Of a stretch of 64,000 bases of DNA, positions 44,689 to 55,886 are shown in pieces; position 1 is the first letter of the stretch, and the number at the start of each line of letters is the position of its first letter. Made by a program: the position numbers and the translations under genes. The DNA is from Acidimicrobiales bacterium (lineage in GTDB: Bacteria > Actinomycetota > Acidimicrobiia > Acidimicrobiales > CATQHL01): assembly GCA_965116465.1 (NCBI GenBank), contig OZ220687.1, positions 3,016,972-3,080,971 on the forward strand. Reading direction: 5' to 3'. The notes beneath the pieces are model-generated. The model was given only the letters and a program-made list of their open reading frames with translations, did not search any database and was not told the origin of the DNA.

Positions 44689-46713
44689 ATGACCGCGTAC
44701 CCCAAGCTCTTCAGTGAATGGCGCGTCCGCAACACGACGGTCCCCAACCGTGTCGTCTTCGCACCCACGTGCCCCACGTGGGTTGCCGATCCGCTCGAAG
44801 GCATCTTCACCGACCAGGCGGTGGCCTACTACGAGGAGCGCGCCCGCTCGGGACTCGGCATGATCATCATCGGCGGCACGATCATCCACCCCGAGGCGCT
44901 GTACTCCGAGCTGAACTTCCCGGGACTGTGGACCGACGACCAGATCGAGGGCCTCGCCCGGGTGGCCGAGGCGGTCCAGCGCCACGGCACCCGGCTCGTG
45001 ACCCAGCTGCTGCACCCCGGGCTCCGGGCCATGAACGTCATCAACAAGGATCCCGCCGCCGACCTCGACGCCGAGTGGTGGCACGTGGCGCCCAGCCAGG
45101 TGCCACCGGGGGAGTATCCCAACGCCCCCATGCCCAAGGAGATCGAGCCCCACGAGATCCACGAGATGATCGAGGCCTACGGCAGCGCGGCGCGGCGGGC
45201 CTTCGAGGCCGGGCTGGACGGCGTGGAGTTCCACATGGCGCACGGCTATCTGCCGTGGCAGTTCCTCTCGCCGCTGTACAACCACCGCAGCGACGGCTGG
45301 GGCGGCTCGTACGAGAACCGCCTGCGCTTCTCGCTGGAGGCCCTCGCCGGCATCCGGGCGGCGGCAGGTGACGACAAGATCGTGGGCTACCGCATCAACT
45401 CGGCCTCGTTCTGGCCCGGCGACCTGGAGATGGACGACGTCAAGCGGATCGTGGTGGACCTCGACGAGCGTGCCGACATCGATTACGTGAACATCTCCGC
45501 GGGTGTCCATCACTCGTTCATCCACACCCCGATGACCTACGAACCCGGCTGGGAGCGCGGCTACACCAAGGCCGTCAAGGAGGTCACGAAGACGCCGGTC
45601 CTGCTCGTCGGTCGGATCACCCACCCCGGGGTCGCCGAGGAGATCCTGCAGGCCGACGAGGCGGACGCCATCCTGCTGGCCCGCCAACTCTTCGCCGACG
45701 AGCACTGGGTGCAGAAGGTCCGGGAGGGCCGCGAGGACGACATCCGCCGCTGCGTGGCGGCCAACTACTGCTGGCGCAGCGTCATCAGCGGCGGGCGCGT
45801 CCAGTGCGTCTACAACCCCGTCGTGGGCCGGGAACGCCAGTGGGGCGAAGGCAGCCTCACCGCGGTCCCCGCGGGCAAGAAGGCCCTCGTCATCGGCGGC
45901 GGCCCGGCCGGCCTGGAGTACGCCCGCATCGCCGCCGCCCGGGGCCACGAGGTGGTCGTCGTGGAGCGCGAGGACGAGACCGGCGGCCACGTGCGCTGGC
46001 ACGCCGCCTTGCCGAATCGCTCCGAGTACGGGCAGATCGCGGTGTGGCTGGCCGCCCAGGCCGCCGGCAACGGCGCCGTCGTCCGCACGGGCGAGAACGT
46101 GGACCAGGACAACCTGGATGCGCTGCTGGCCGCCGAGGCGCCCGACCACGTGGTCGTCGCCACCGGCTCGCACTACCGGCGGGACGGCTGGCAGGGCCAG
46201 ACGGCCGCGCCGCTACCGGGCTGGGAGACCGGGAACTGCGTGAGCTGGGTGGATGTGGCCACCGGCGCCGTCGAGCCGTCGGGCTCGGTGATCGTGATCG
46301 ACGACCTCCAGGACGCTATGGCCCCGCTCACGGCGGTCAAGGTGGCCAACGCCGGCTGCGACACCAAGCTTGTGACACGCTGGCCGATGATCGGCATGGA
46401 GACGATCCCCGAGGTGTACTACCTGTGGGTGCGCCAGCATCTCTACGAGTCCGGGGTCGAGGTGCTGCCCGACCTCTTCGTGAAGGAGATCAAGGGCAAC
46501 GCCGTGGAGTTCCTGAACGTCTACGTCAACGACATCACCACGACGCTGCCCGCCGACTGGATCGTGATGGCCACGGGCCGCCAGTCCGACAACGACCTGT
46601 ACCACGCGCTGCGGGCCCGCGGGGTCAGCACCGAGATGATCGGCGACGCCATCGCCCCGCGCACCACCTACGAGGCCGTCTACGAGGGGCACCGCCAGGC
46701 GCGCAAACTCTGA
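44689..46713 (+). CDS. NADH:flavin oxidoreductase (OYE-like TIM barrel + FAD/NAD domain)
   Basis: NRVVFAP, YYEERA, QL-HPG, GLDGVEFHMAHGYL-QFLSP--N-RSD-WGGS-ENR, VIGGGPAGLE, IGDA-APR. Confidence 0.93.
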   Translation: MTAYPKLFSEWRVRNTTVPNRVVFAPTCPTWVADPLEGIFTDQAVAYYEERARSGLGMIIIGGTIIHPEALYSELNFPGLWTDDQIEGLARVAEAVQRHGTRLVTQLLHPGLRAMNVINKDPAADLDAEWWHVAPSQVPPGEYPNAPMPKEIEPHEIHEMIEAYGSAARRAFEAGLDGVEFHMAHGYLPWQFLSPLYNHRSDGWGGSYENRLRFSLEALAGIRAAAGDDKIVGYRINSASFWPGDLEMDDVKRIVVDLDERADIDYVNISAGVHHSFIHTPMTYEPGWERGYTKAVKEVTKTPVLLVGRITHPGVAEEILQADEADAILLARQLFADEHWVQKVREGREDDIRRCVAANYCWRSVISGGRVQCVYNPVVGRERQWGEGSLTAVPAGKKALVIGGGPAGLEYARIAAARGHEVVVVEREDETGGHVRWHAALPNRSEYGQIAVWLAAQAAGNGAVVRTGENVDQDNLDALLAAEAPDHVVVATGSHYRRDGWQGQTAAPLPGWETGNCVSWVDVATGAVEPSGSVIVIDDLQDAMAPLTAVKVANAGCDTKLVTRWPMIGMETIPEVYYLWVRQHLYESGVEVLPDLFVKEIKGNAVEFLNVYVNDITTTLPADWIVMATGRQSDNDLYHALRARGVSTEMIGDAIAPRTTYEAVYEGHRQARKL

Positions 46714-46738
46714 GCCGGCGCGCCGGTCGCCGCCCGGG

Positions 46739-47173
46739 TCAGTCCCCGGTGGCGACGAGGCGCTGCACCGAGGCGATGTCGCTCGCGGTCGGCGGGCCGA
46801 GGATCCAGGCCTGTACCGCCCCGCCGCGGTCGGCCACCAGCGTGAAGGGCACGGCGTCCACGCCGTAGGCGGCGTGCAGCTCTCCGTGGCGGTCGGCGCC
46901 GACCTCCACCACGTCCACCGTGGGGCCCTCCAGGGGGCCGAGACGTTCCAGAGCGGAACCGCACGTGCGGCAGGTGCTGTCGGTCAGAACGGCCACCAGC
47001 CAGGGCTTCCCGGAGGCGTCGAGGCCGGCGCGGGCGAACGCCTCCCGGGCGATCGTCACCGGGATGTCCGGTGATGCCAGGACCCCGCGCCAGCGGCTGC
47101 GGCGCCGCGAGGCCACGAGGGCCACGACGCAGGCCACCGCCCCCAGGATCAGCGCCAGGGGGGCGAAGCGCAC
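46739..47173 (-). CDS. Membrane-anchored thioredoxin-like protein
   Basis: N-terminal TM helix, CRTC, YGVDAVP (cis-Pro motif). Confidence 0.75.
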   Translation of the reverse strand: MRFAPLALILGAVACVVALVASRRRSRWRGVLASPDIPVTIAREAFARAGLDASGKPWLVAVLTDSTCRTCGSALERLGPLEGPTVDVVEVGADRHGELHAAYGVDAVPFTLVADRGGAVQAWILGPPTASDIASVQRLVATGD

Positions 47174-47200
47174 CGGCGGCCGGGCCCGGCGTCGCCGGGT

Positions 47201-49153
<1,953 letters not shown>

Positions 49154-49313
49154 GGGTTCATGCTAGGAGGCTGTCGGCTGATTGGGCGTATCGCGTCCCG
49201 GGTCGTCTGGAGACGTGCCGCCCCGTCTTGGCGCGTCCCCGGGCCGCCGGGTGCCCAGCGGTAGGATCGCTGTCCGTGGTCCGTTGTTGTGTGCGCGCGA
49301 CCGCGGGCCGCTG

Positions 49314-50078
49314 ATGCCGCAGAGAGGTCGCCTGCGGCCGCCGCCCCGGTGGTCCGTGTCGGCGGCGATCGCGGGGTGGATCGCGGCCGCCGCCGTCACC
49401 GTCGTGGCCCAGTTGGCGCTGGAGTCGCTCTGGTCGGTGCCGGGCGGCGTCGGCGCGGCGGCCGCCAGGGCCGGGGCACAGGTCGCGGGCGGCGTCGAGC
49501 CGGACCGGCTCGACGGTAGCTACTGGCAGTTCACGCTGCTCCAGGTGCCTCTCTGGCTGACCCTGGCGGTGGTCACGTGGCTCATCGTCCGCCGAGGTGG
49601 CACGGGCCTGCGCGCCGCCCTGGGCATCCACCAGCGCTGGTACGACGTGCCCGTCGGGCTGGCCTGCGGCCTGGCGGCGCAGTTCCTGATCATCCCGCTG
49701 GTGTACCTGCCGCTGGCGCGGTACATCGATGCCGGCGACGTGGAGGAGCCGGCCCGTCGCATCATGGCGCTCGCCGACGACGCCGCGGCCGCCACGGTGC
49801 TGGTGGTCGCCGTCGTGCTGGTGGCGCCGTTCGTGGAGGAGATGTACTTCCGCGGCCTCCTGCTGCGGGCGCTCTGGGGGCGGATGGGGCGCGTCCTCAC
49901 CGTGGCGCTCTCGGCGGTGCTGTTCGGTCTGGCGCACGTGCAACTCCTGCAACTTCCGGCCCTGGTCGTCTTCGGGCTCGTGGCCGGCACGCTGGTGGTG
50001 GCCACCAAGCGCCTCGCCCCGGCCATGTGGGCGCACGCCGCCTTCAACGGCGTCACGGTCGCGCAACTGCTCCGCTGA
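49314..50078 (+). CDS. CPBP (Abi/CAAX) intramembrane glutamic endopeptidase
   Basis: EEMYFRG, FGLAH, HAAFN; start approximate. Confidence 0.92.
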   Translation: MPQRGRLRPPPRWSVSAAIAGWIAAAAVTVVAQLALESLWSVPGGVGAAAARAGAQVAGGVEPDRLDGSYWQFTLLQVPLWLTLAVVTWLIVRRGGTGLRAALGIHQRWYDVPVGLACGLAAQFLIIPLVYLPLARYIDAGDVEEPARRIMALADDAAAATVLVVAVVLVAPFVEEMYFRGLLLRALWGRMGRVLTVALSAVLFGLAHVQLLQLPALVVFGLVAGTLVVATKRLAPAMWAHAAFNGVTVAQLLR

Positions 50079-50081
50079 CCG

Positions 50082-52877
50082 ATGAAACCGACCACCGAAG
50101 AACCGTCCGCACAGCTCGAGACCACCGGCCTGGCTCGGCGCGGCGTTGCGGTCCTGCAGCGCCGCACGGGGGTCGTCTGCGTCATCGGGGCGTGCCTGTT
50201 CGTCTTCTGGCAGATGCGCCCCGACCTGCTGTTCTCGGTGACCACGCCCGCGGGCGGCGACATGGCCGCCCACGTCTGGGGGCCGGCGTACCTGCGCGAT
50301 CACCTGCTTCCGCTCGGCCGGTTGAGCGGCTGGGCCCCGGACTGGTACGCGGGCTTCCCGGCCTTCCACTTCTACATGGTGCTGCCGTCGCTGGTCATCG
50401 CGTTGGCGTCGTTCGTGATCCCCTACGGGGTGGCGTTCAAGCTCGTGGCGATCGCCGGGCTGGTGTCACTGCCTCTGGCGGCGGCGACGTTCGTGCGGCT
50501 GGCGGGCCTGCGCTTCCCGACGCCCACGATCGCGGCGCTGATCACGCTGCCGTTCCTGTTCGACACCACGTTCAGCATCTACGGCGGCAACGTGGCTTCG
50601 ACGCTGGCGGGGGAGTTCGCGTACTCCATCAGCCTGTCGCTGATGCTGGTCTACCTGGGCGTGCTGCTGCGGGGGCTGCGCACGGGCCGCCACCGGGTGC
50701 TGGCAGGCGCGCTGCTGGCGTTGGTGGGCCTGACGCATCTCATTCCCGCGATCTTCGCCGTGGCGGCCACCGGGGTGGCGCTGGCGATGCAGCCGGGCCG
50801 GCGCGGCGTGCGCTGGGTGACGATGACCGGCGCGCTGGCCGCGGCGCTGGCGGCCTTCTGGTTGCTGCCGTTCTGGTGGCGCCGGGACTACTACCACAAC
50901 ATCGACTGGGTGAACCTCACCGAGTACTGGCCGAACCTGGTGCGCGACGACTGGAACTGGGTGCTCGTGGGGGCGTGGGCGGCACTGCTGGTGGGCATCC
51001 TCCGGCGGCGGCGGCTGGTGCTGTACCTGGCGGCGCTGGCGGCGCTGGCGGCGGCGGGCTACCGCTGGCTCCCCCAGGGCGTGCTTTGGAACGCCCGCCT
51101 GCTGCCCTTCTACTACCTGACGATGCTCCTGCTGGTGGCGGTCGGCATCTCCACCCTGCTGACCACCCTGGTGGCGGGCGCCTCGTTGCGGGAGCTGCCG
51201 ATCGGCGCCGGCGGCGGGCAATTGCGGCCCGGCGAGGAGACCAAGCGGCGGCGCTGGCTTCCCGGGGACTCCGTGCGCCTGCGGATCGCCCTGGCGGCCG
51301 TCGTGCCGGTGGGGGCGGTGGCGGTGGCGATCGACGACCTCGTTGCGGACAGCGCGACGCTCCGGGCGCTCCTGGAGGCGCTGCCGGGGGTGGAGGCGGC
51401 CACCGCCCCCGCCAGGGCGGCCGACGTGGCGCACCTGGCGCTGCTGGTGCTGACTGCCGCAGGCGTGGTGACCGCCGTCGAGATCCTCAGGTCCTTGCGG
51501 GCGCAGGGTTTCCAGCACCGGGCGAGCGGCCCGGTCGTGCTCGGCCGCCCCGCGGCGGCGACGGCGGCCGCCGGGGCGCTGCGCCCCGCCGAGGGGACTC
51601 CGGCTCCTCCGAGGGGCGGGATCCGCCCACTGGGGGCCACTGAGGAGCCGAGCCCTCGAGCCGGCGTGGTGCTGGTGCTCGGCACGGTGGCCCTCGTCCT
51701 GATCATTGTGGCGATCGTCGCCTACCCGCTGCGGGCGCTGGGTCCGGCCGGCCGGGAGGGTGCCGACGGCCGCTACGGCCTCCGAGTCGCCCCGAACGTC
51801 GTGCTGGCGGGCACGACCGCCGAGAGCTTCCTGCCCTTCTGGGTGTACTGGAACTTCTCCGGCTACGAGTCCAAGGAGCCCCGCGAGGGGATCGGCGGCT
51901 ACGACGAGTACTACCGGGTCGTGACCACGATGGCGGCGGTCGCCGGCGAGCGGGGCTGCGGCCGGGTCATGTGGGAGTACGGCCTGAAGCAGCTGGACAG
52001 CTACGGGTCGCCGATGTCGCTGATGCTGCTCCCGCACTGGACCGACGGTTGCCTGGGCTCCATGGAGGGCCTCTTCTTCGAGTCGACCCAGACCGTGCCG
52101 TTCCACTTCATCAACCAGGACGAACTCTCGCTCGAACCCTCCCGGCCGGTGCGGGCCGTGCCCTACGGGGGCGCCGATCTGTCCGACGGGGTGGCCCACA
52201 TGCAGCTCTTCGGCGTGCGCTACTACATGGCGTTCTCGGATTCCCTGATCGCCGAGGCCCGTGCCCACGAGGACCTCACGGAGGTGGCCGCCGAGCCGCC
52301 GTGGGTGATGTTCGAGCTCGCCGACGCGCCGCTGGTGTCGCCGCTGGCCGCCGAGCCGGTGATCGTCAGCGGTGCCGGCGACAGCCCGGCGAACTGGCTG
52401 GACGTCGCCACCGACTTCTACGCCACGTATCCCGGCTCGCGGGCCACCGAGCCCGGCGCGCGGTTGCTGTCGGGCGCGGCGGTGCTGCCGGCCGCCTCCG
52501 GACCGGCCGGCTGGGCCGAGGTGCCGCCGGACGCCGAGCGGCCGGTGCGCAGCCTGGAGGAGATCCAGGTCCACGGGATCTCCTCCACGCAGAACTCGAT
52601 CGACTTCCGGGTCGACCGGAGCGGCGTCCCGGTCCTGGTGAAGGCCTCGTACTTCCCCAACTGGCAGGTCGACGGGGCCGCCGGCCCCTACCGGGTGGCC
52701 CCCAACTTCATGGTCGTCGTGCCGGAGGAGACCCAGGTGACCCTCAGCTACGGCTGGACACCCGTGGACGTGCTGGCCTGGGTGATCACCGCCGTCGGCG
52801 TGATCGCCGCCCTGGTGCTGTGGCGCAACCCGCGCATCTGGTCCGCCGAGCCGGACCGGCGCGCCCGCTGGGAGTGA
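50082..52877 (+). CDS. Large polytopic membrane protein (PTPS-related family, GT-C-like)
   Basis: GGDMAAH, GW-PDWYAGFP---FY, GGN--STLAGEFAYS, WNF-GYE, SMEGLFFES, LVKASYFPNW. Confidence 0.8.
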   Translation: MKPTTEEPSAQLETTGLARRGVAVLQRRTGVVCVIGACLFVFWQMRPDLLFSVTTPAGGDMAAHVWGPAYLRDHLLPLGRLSGWAPDWYAGFPAFHFYMVLPSLVIALASFVIPYGVAFKLVAIAGLVSLPLAAATFVRLAGLRFPTPTIAALITLPFLFDTTFSIYGGNVASTLAGEFAYSISLSLMLVYLGVLLRGLRTGRHRVLAGALLALVGLTHLIPAIFAVAATGVALAMQPGRRGVRWVTMTGALAAALAAFWLLPFWWRRDYYHNIDWVNLTEYWPNLVRDDWNWVLVGAWAALLVGILRRRRLVLYLAALAALAAAGYRWLPQGVLWNARLLPFYYLTMLLLVAVGISTLLTTLVAGASLRELPIGAGGGQLRPGEETKRRRWLPGDSVRLRIALAAVVPVGAVAVAIDDLVADSATLRALLEALPGVEAATAPARAADVAHLALLVLTAAGVVTAVEILRSLRAQGFQHRASGPVVLGRPAAATAAAGALRPAEGTPAPPRGGIRPLGATEEPSPRAGVVLVLGTVALVLIIVAIVAYPLRALGPAGREGADGRYGLRVAPNVVLAGTTAESFLPFWVYWNFSGYESKEPREGIGGYDEYYRVVTTMAAVAGERGCGRVMWEYGLKQLDSYGSPMSLMLLPHWTDGCLGSMEGLFFESTQTVPFHFINQDELSLEPSRPVRAVPYGGADLSDGVAHMQLFGVRYYMAFSDSLIAEARAHEDLTEVAAEPPWVMFELADAPLVSPLAAEPVIVSGAGDSPANWLDVATDFYATYPGSRATEPGARLLSGAAVLPAASGPAGWAEVPPDAERPVRSLEEIQVHGISSTQNSIDFRVDRSGVPVLVKASYFPNWQVDGAAGPYRVAPNFMVVVPEETQVTLSYGWTPVDVLAWVITAVGVIAALVLWRNPRIWSAEPDRRARWE

Positions 52878-52880
52878 CCG

Positions 52881-53654
52881 ATGACAGCCGGTAGCGACCG
52901 AGCGCCCGGCGGTGTACGCCTGTCGGTCGTGGTGCCGGCCTTCCGGGAGGCGGCCGTCATCGCTGAGACCCTGGCGGCGCTGCGGGCGGGCCTGGCGGGC
53001 GTGGCGCCGGCGGGTGCCCTGGAGCTGATCGTCGTGGACGACGGGTCCGACGACGCAACCGCCGAAGGGGCCCGCGCCGGCGGGGCCGACCGGGTCATCG
53101 CGCTCGGCCGCAATTGCGGCAAGGGGGCCGCGGTGCGTGCCGGGATGCTGGCGGCGGCCGGCGACGCGGTGGTGTTCACCGACGCCGACCTGCAGTACCC
53201 GCCGGATCGGATCGTGGCGGTGCTGTCCCGCCTCGACGGCGACGTGGGGGCGGTGGTGGCCAGGCGGGGGCGGTCCGGGGAGGCACCGCTGCGCCGGCTG
53301 GGGACCTACACCGTGTCGCGCCTGGCCAGGGCGCTGGTGCTGGGCGGCGGGTCCGCCGGCGGGGATCTCGGGGCGGACACGCAGTGCGGGCTGAAGGCCT
53401 TCCGCCGCGACGTGGCGCGGGAGGTGTTCGGCCGTTGCCGGGTGGACCGCTTCGGCTTCGACGTGGAGGTGCTGCTGCTGCTGTCGCTGCTCGGCGTGCC
53501 GGTGGCCGTGCAGACGGTCGAAGCCATCCCGGCGCCGCGCCGTTCCAGCGTGCGGGTGCTCCGAGACGGCGCCGCGATCGTCCGCGACCTGCTGCGCATC
53601 CGCAGATGGTTGCGCCGGGGAGCCTACGACCTCGCAGCCGGGAGCGATGGCTGA
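52881..53654 (+). CDS. GT2, polyprenol-phosphate glycosyltransferase (DPM/DPG synthase-like)
   Basis: LSVVVPAFRE, VVDDGS-D-T, N-GKGAAVR-G, FTDADL, DTQCGLKAF, FGFDVE. Confidence 0.9.
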   Translation: MTAGSDRAPGGVRLSVVVPAFREAAVIAETLAALRAGLAGVAPAGALELIVVDDGSDDATAEGARAGGADRVIALGRNCGKGAAVRAGMLAAAGDAVVFTDADLQYPPDRIVAVLSRLDGDVGAVVARRGRSGEAPLRRLGTYTVSRLARALVLGGGSAGGDLGADTQCGLKAFRRDVAREVFGRCRVDRFGFDVEVLLLLSLLGVPVAVQTVEAIPAPRRSSVRVLRDGAAIVRDLLRIRRWLRRGAYDLAAGSDG

Positions 53655-55050
53655 GTCCCCGGGCGCGGTTTCCGGCGGGGATCGGTCCGTGGCGGCTCGC
53701 CTCGACGCGATCATCCGGGCCAACGACATCCGCGGCCGGGTCCCGATCGAACTGGACGCGCCGACGGCACGCCGCCTGGGCGGAGCCTTCGCCGCGTTCT
53801 TCCGCGAGGACGATCCCCACACCACCCGGGTGGTCGTCGGGCGCGACATGCGGCTCTCGGGGCCCTCCCTCCTCGACGCGTTCTGCGCCAGCCTCCAGGC
53901 TGCCGGCCTCGACGTGGTGGACCTGGGCCTGGCCTCCACCGACATGGTGTACTTCGCCTCGGGTCACTTCGGTGCCCCCGGCGTGGTGTTCACCGCCTCG
54001 CACAATCCGCCCGACTACAACGGCATCAAAGCCTGCCGGGCGGGCGCGGCGCCCCTCAGCGCCGAAGGCGGGCTGACCCGGGTTCGCGAGTTGGCTCTGG
54101 CGGCGCCGCGGGAGCCGGTTCCCAGCGAGGGTGGGCGCCGCCGGGTGGACCTGCTGGAGCGCTTCGCCGACCACGTCCGGTCATTCGTGGACGTGGCGCG
54201 CATGGCGCCCCTGCGGGTGGTGGCCGACGTGGCCAACGGCATGGGCGGCCTCGTCGTGCCGGCCGTCTTCGAGGGGCTGCCACCGACCCTCGACCTGCTC
54301 TACGGCGATCTGGACGGCGGCTTCCCGAACCATCCGCCCGACCCGTTGCAGGAGGCCAACCTGGCCGACCTGTGCCGGCGTGTCACCGAGACCGGAGCCG
54401 ATGTGGGCCTGGCGTTCGACGGTGATGCCGACCGGGTGTTCTTCGTGGACGACCGGGCGCGCCCGCTGTCGGGCTCGGTGGTCGCCGCGCTGCTGGCGAC
54501 GTCCGTGCTGCGCCGGAATCCGGGTGCGCTGGTCCTCTACAACGCCGCCTGCTCGCGTGCGGTCCCCGAGATCATCGCCGAGGCCGGCGGTCGTGCCGAG
54601 CGCACCAGGGTCGGGCACTCGCTCATCAAGCAGCGGATGGCCGAGACCGGTGCGGCATTCGCCGGCGAGCACTCGGGCCACTACTACTTCGCCGAGAACC
54701 ACTGCTCCGACTCGGGGGTGCTGGCGGCGGTGGCGCTGCTCGAGGAGTTGTCGCGTGCCGGGGTGCCCCTGAGCGAGTTGCGGCGCCCGTTCGACCGGTA
54801 CGCAGCCTCCGGGGAGGTGAACTTCAGCGTCGCCGATCCGCAGGCGGCCACCGAGGCGCTGGCGCACCGCTACCGCGATCGTCCACAGGATCGCCTCGAC
54901 GGCCTCACGGTGGACTGCGGCGACTGGTGGTTCAACCTGCGCCCCTCCAACACCGAGCCGCTGCTCCGCCTGAACCTGGAGGCCGCCAGTGCCAGCCAGT
55001 GCGCTCGCCGTCTCGGCGAGGTAAGAGTGGCCATCGAGAGCTGCGCCTGA
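53647..55050 (+). CDS. manB: Phosphomannomutase/phosphoglucomutase
   Basis: DIRG, GRDMR, TASHNP--YNGIK, FDGDADR, GEHSGHYYF, RPSNTEP. Confidence 0.95.
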   Translation: MAESPGAVSGGDRSVAARLDAIIRANDIRGRVPIELDAPTARRLGGAFAAFFREDDPHTTRVVVGRDMRLSGPSLLDAFCASLQAAGLDVVDLGLASTDMVYFASGHFGAPGVVFTASHNPPDYNGIKACRAGAAPLSAEGGLTRVRELALAAPREPVPSEGGRRRVDLLERFADHVRSFVDVARMAPLRVVADVANGMGGLVVPAVFEGLPPTLDLLYGDLDGGFPNHPPDPLQEANLADLCRRVTETGADVGLAFDGDADRVFFVDDRARPLSGSVVAALLATSVLRRNPGALVLYNAACSRAVPEIIAEAGGRAERTRVGHSLIKQRMAETGAAFAGEHSGHYYFAENHCSDSGVLAAVALLEELSRAGVPLSELRRPFDRYAASGEVNFSVADPQAATEALAHRYRDRPQDRLDGLTVDCGDWWFNLRPSNTEPLLRLNLEAASASQCARRLGEVRVAIESCA

Positions 55051-55447
55051 CGTTGTAATCGGCGCGCGAACAGAGCCCCCTGAAGTAAACCTGGCGGCTC
55101 CAACGGCCCGCTCATTCTGGGCTCGCCTCCGGCTTTCTGACTCACGTGTCCACCGCCGGCGCGGCCACCGCCTGCTCCTAGGATGCGCAATGCAAAATGC
55201 AAGTCCGGCGCAATGCAATCTGGAGATGATCCATGATGCAGATTGCAAGCCTCTCGCGGCGCGCAATGGAGATCGAACCCGCAATAGCCTCTCAGCGGAC
55301 CTCACCGCGCAGCAACCCAGATCAGAGCCTCGGTGACATTCTGCCAGGATTGTGGCAGTCCTCAACCGGGCGCTCCTCGCCACCATCACTCCCTCGAATA
55401 ACCGTAGCTTCCGATGCCCAACGCGAGTGCTGTTACGAAGTAGCGTC

Positions 55448-55750
55448 GTGCGCACACGGATTGCTACTTGACGCCGAACAGCACGCGCTCGTCAAGCGCA
55501 AGGTCGCCGAGTTGGGTATCAGCATGGCAGAAAATGTTCGACGTGTCGTTGAGCGCGACCTGCAACCGGCAACCCGCGATGTCGACCTCTCCGACATCTT
55601 CGGAATCGGAGACTCCGGCGACATCGACATCGCCGTTGACCGCAAACGGGTCACCGCTGAGGCGATCGCCGCCCGAGCTACGCGGCGATGACCGTCTTCA
55701 CCCGCGCCCTGGGGGGTGGGCTCAAGTCTCCTGGCCAGGCCATCGGAGCG
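55448..55750 (+). pseudogene. Degenerate VapBC-like pair (frameshifted RHH antitoxin plus PIN stub)
   Basis: VRTRI / LLDAEQH--VKRK-AELGISMAE-VRR-VER-L (shift at about 55463), then an overlapping ATG 55688 giving MTVF followed by unrelated sequence. Confidence 0.5.
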
Positions 55751-55886
55751 GCGCTGCCGCGCCTCAGACTCGAGGCCGCCACCCCCGCCGCATGCGCACA
55801 CGGACTCGGCGAAGAGCGAGCAGCAGTCAGCTCACGACGATGAACCACGGCGGTGTCTCAGGTCCGGTCTACATTCGGGCACGAGC

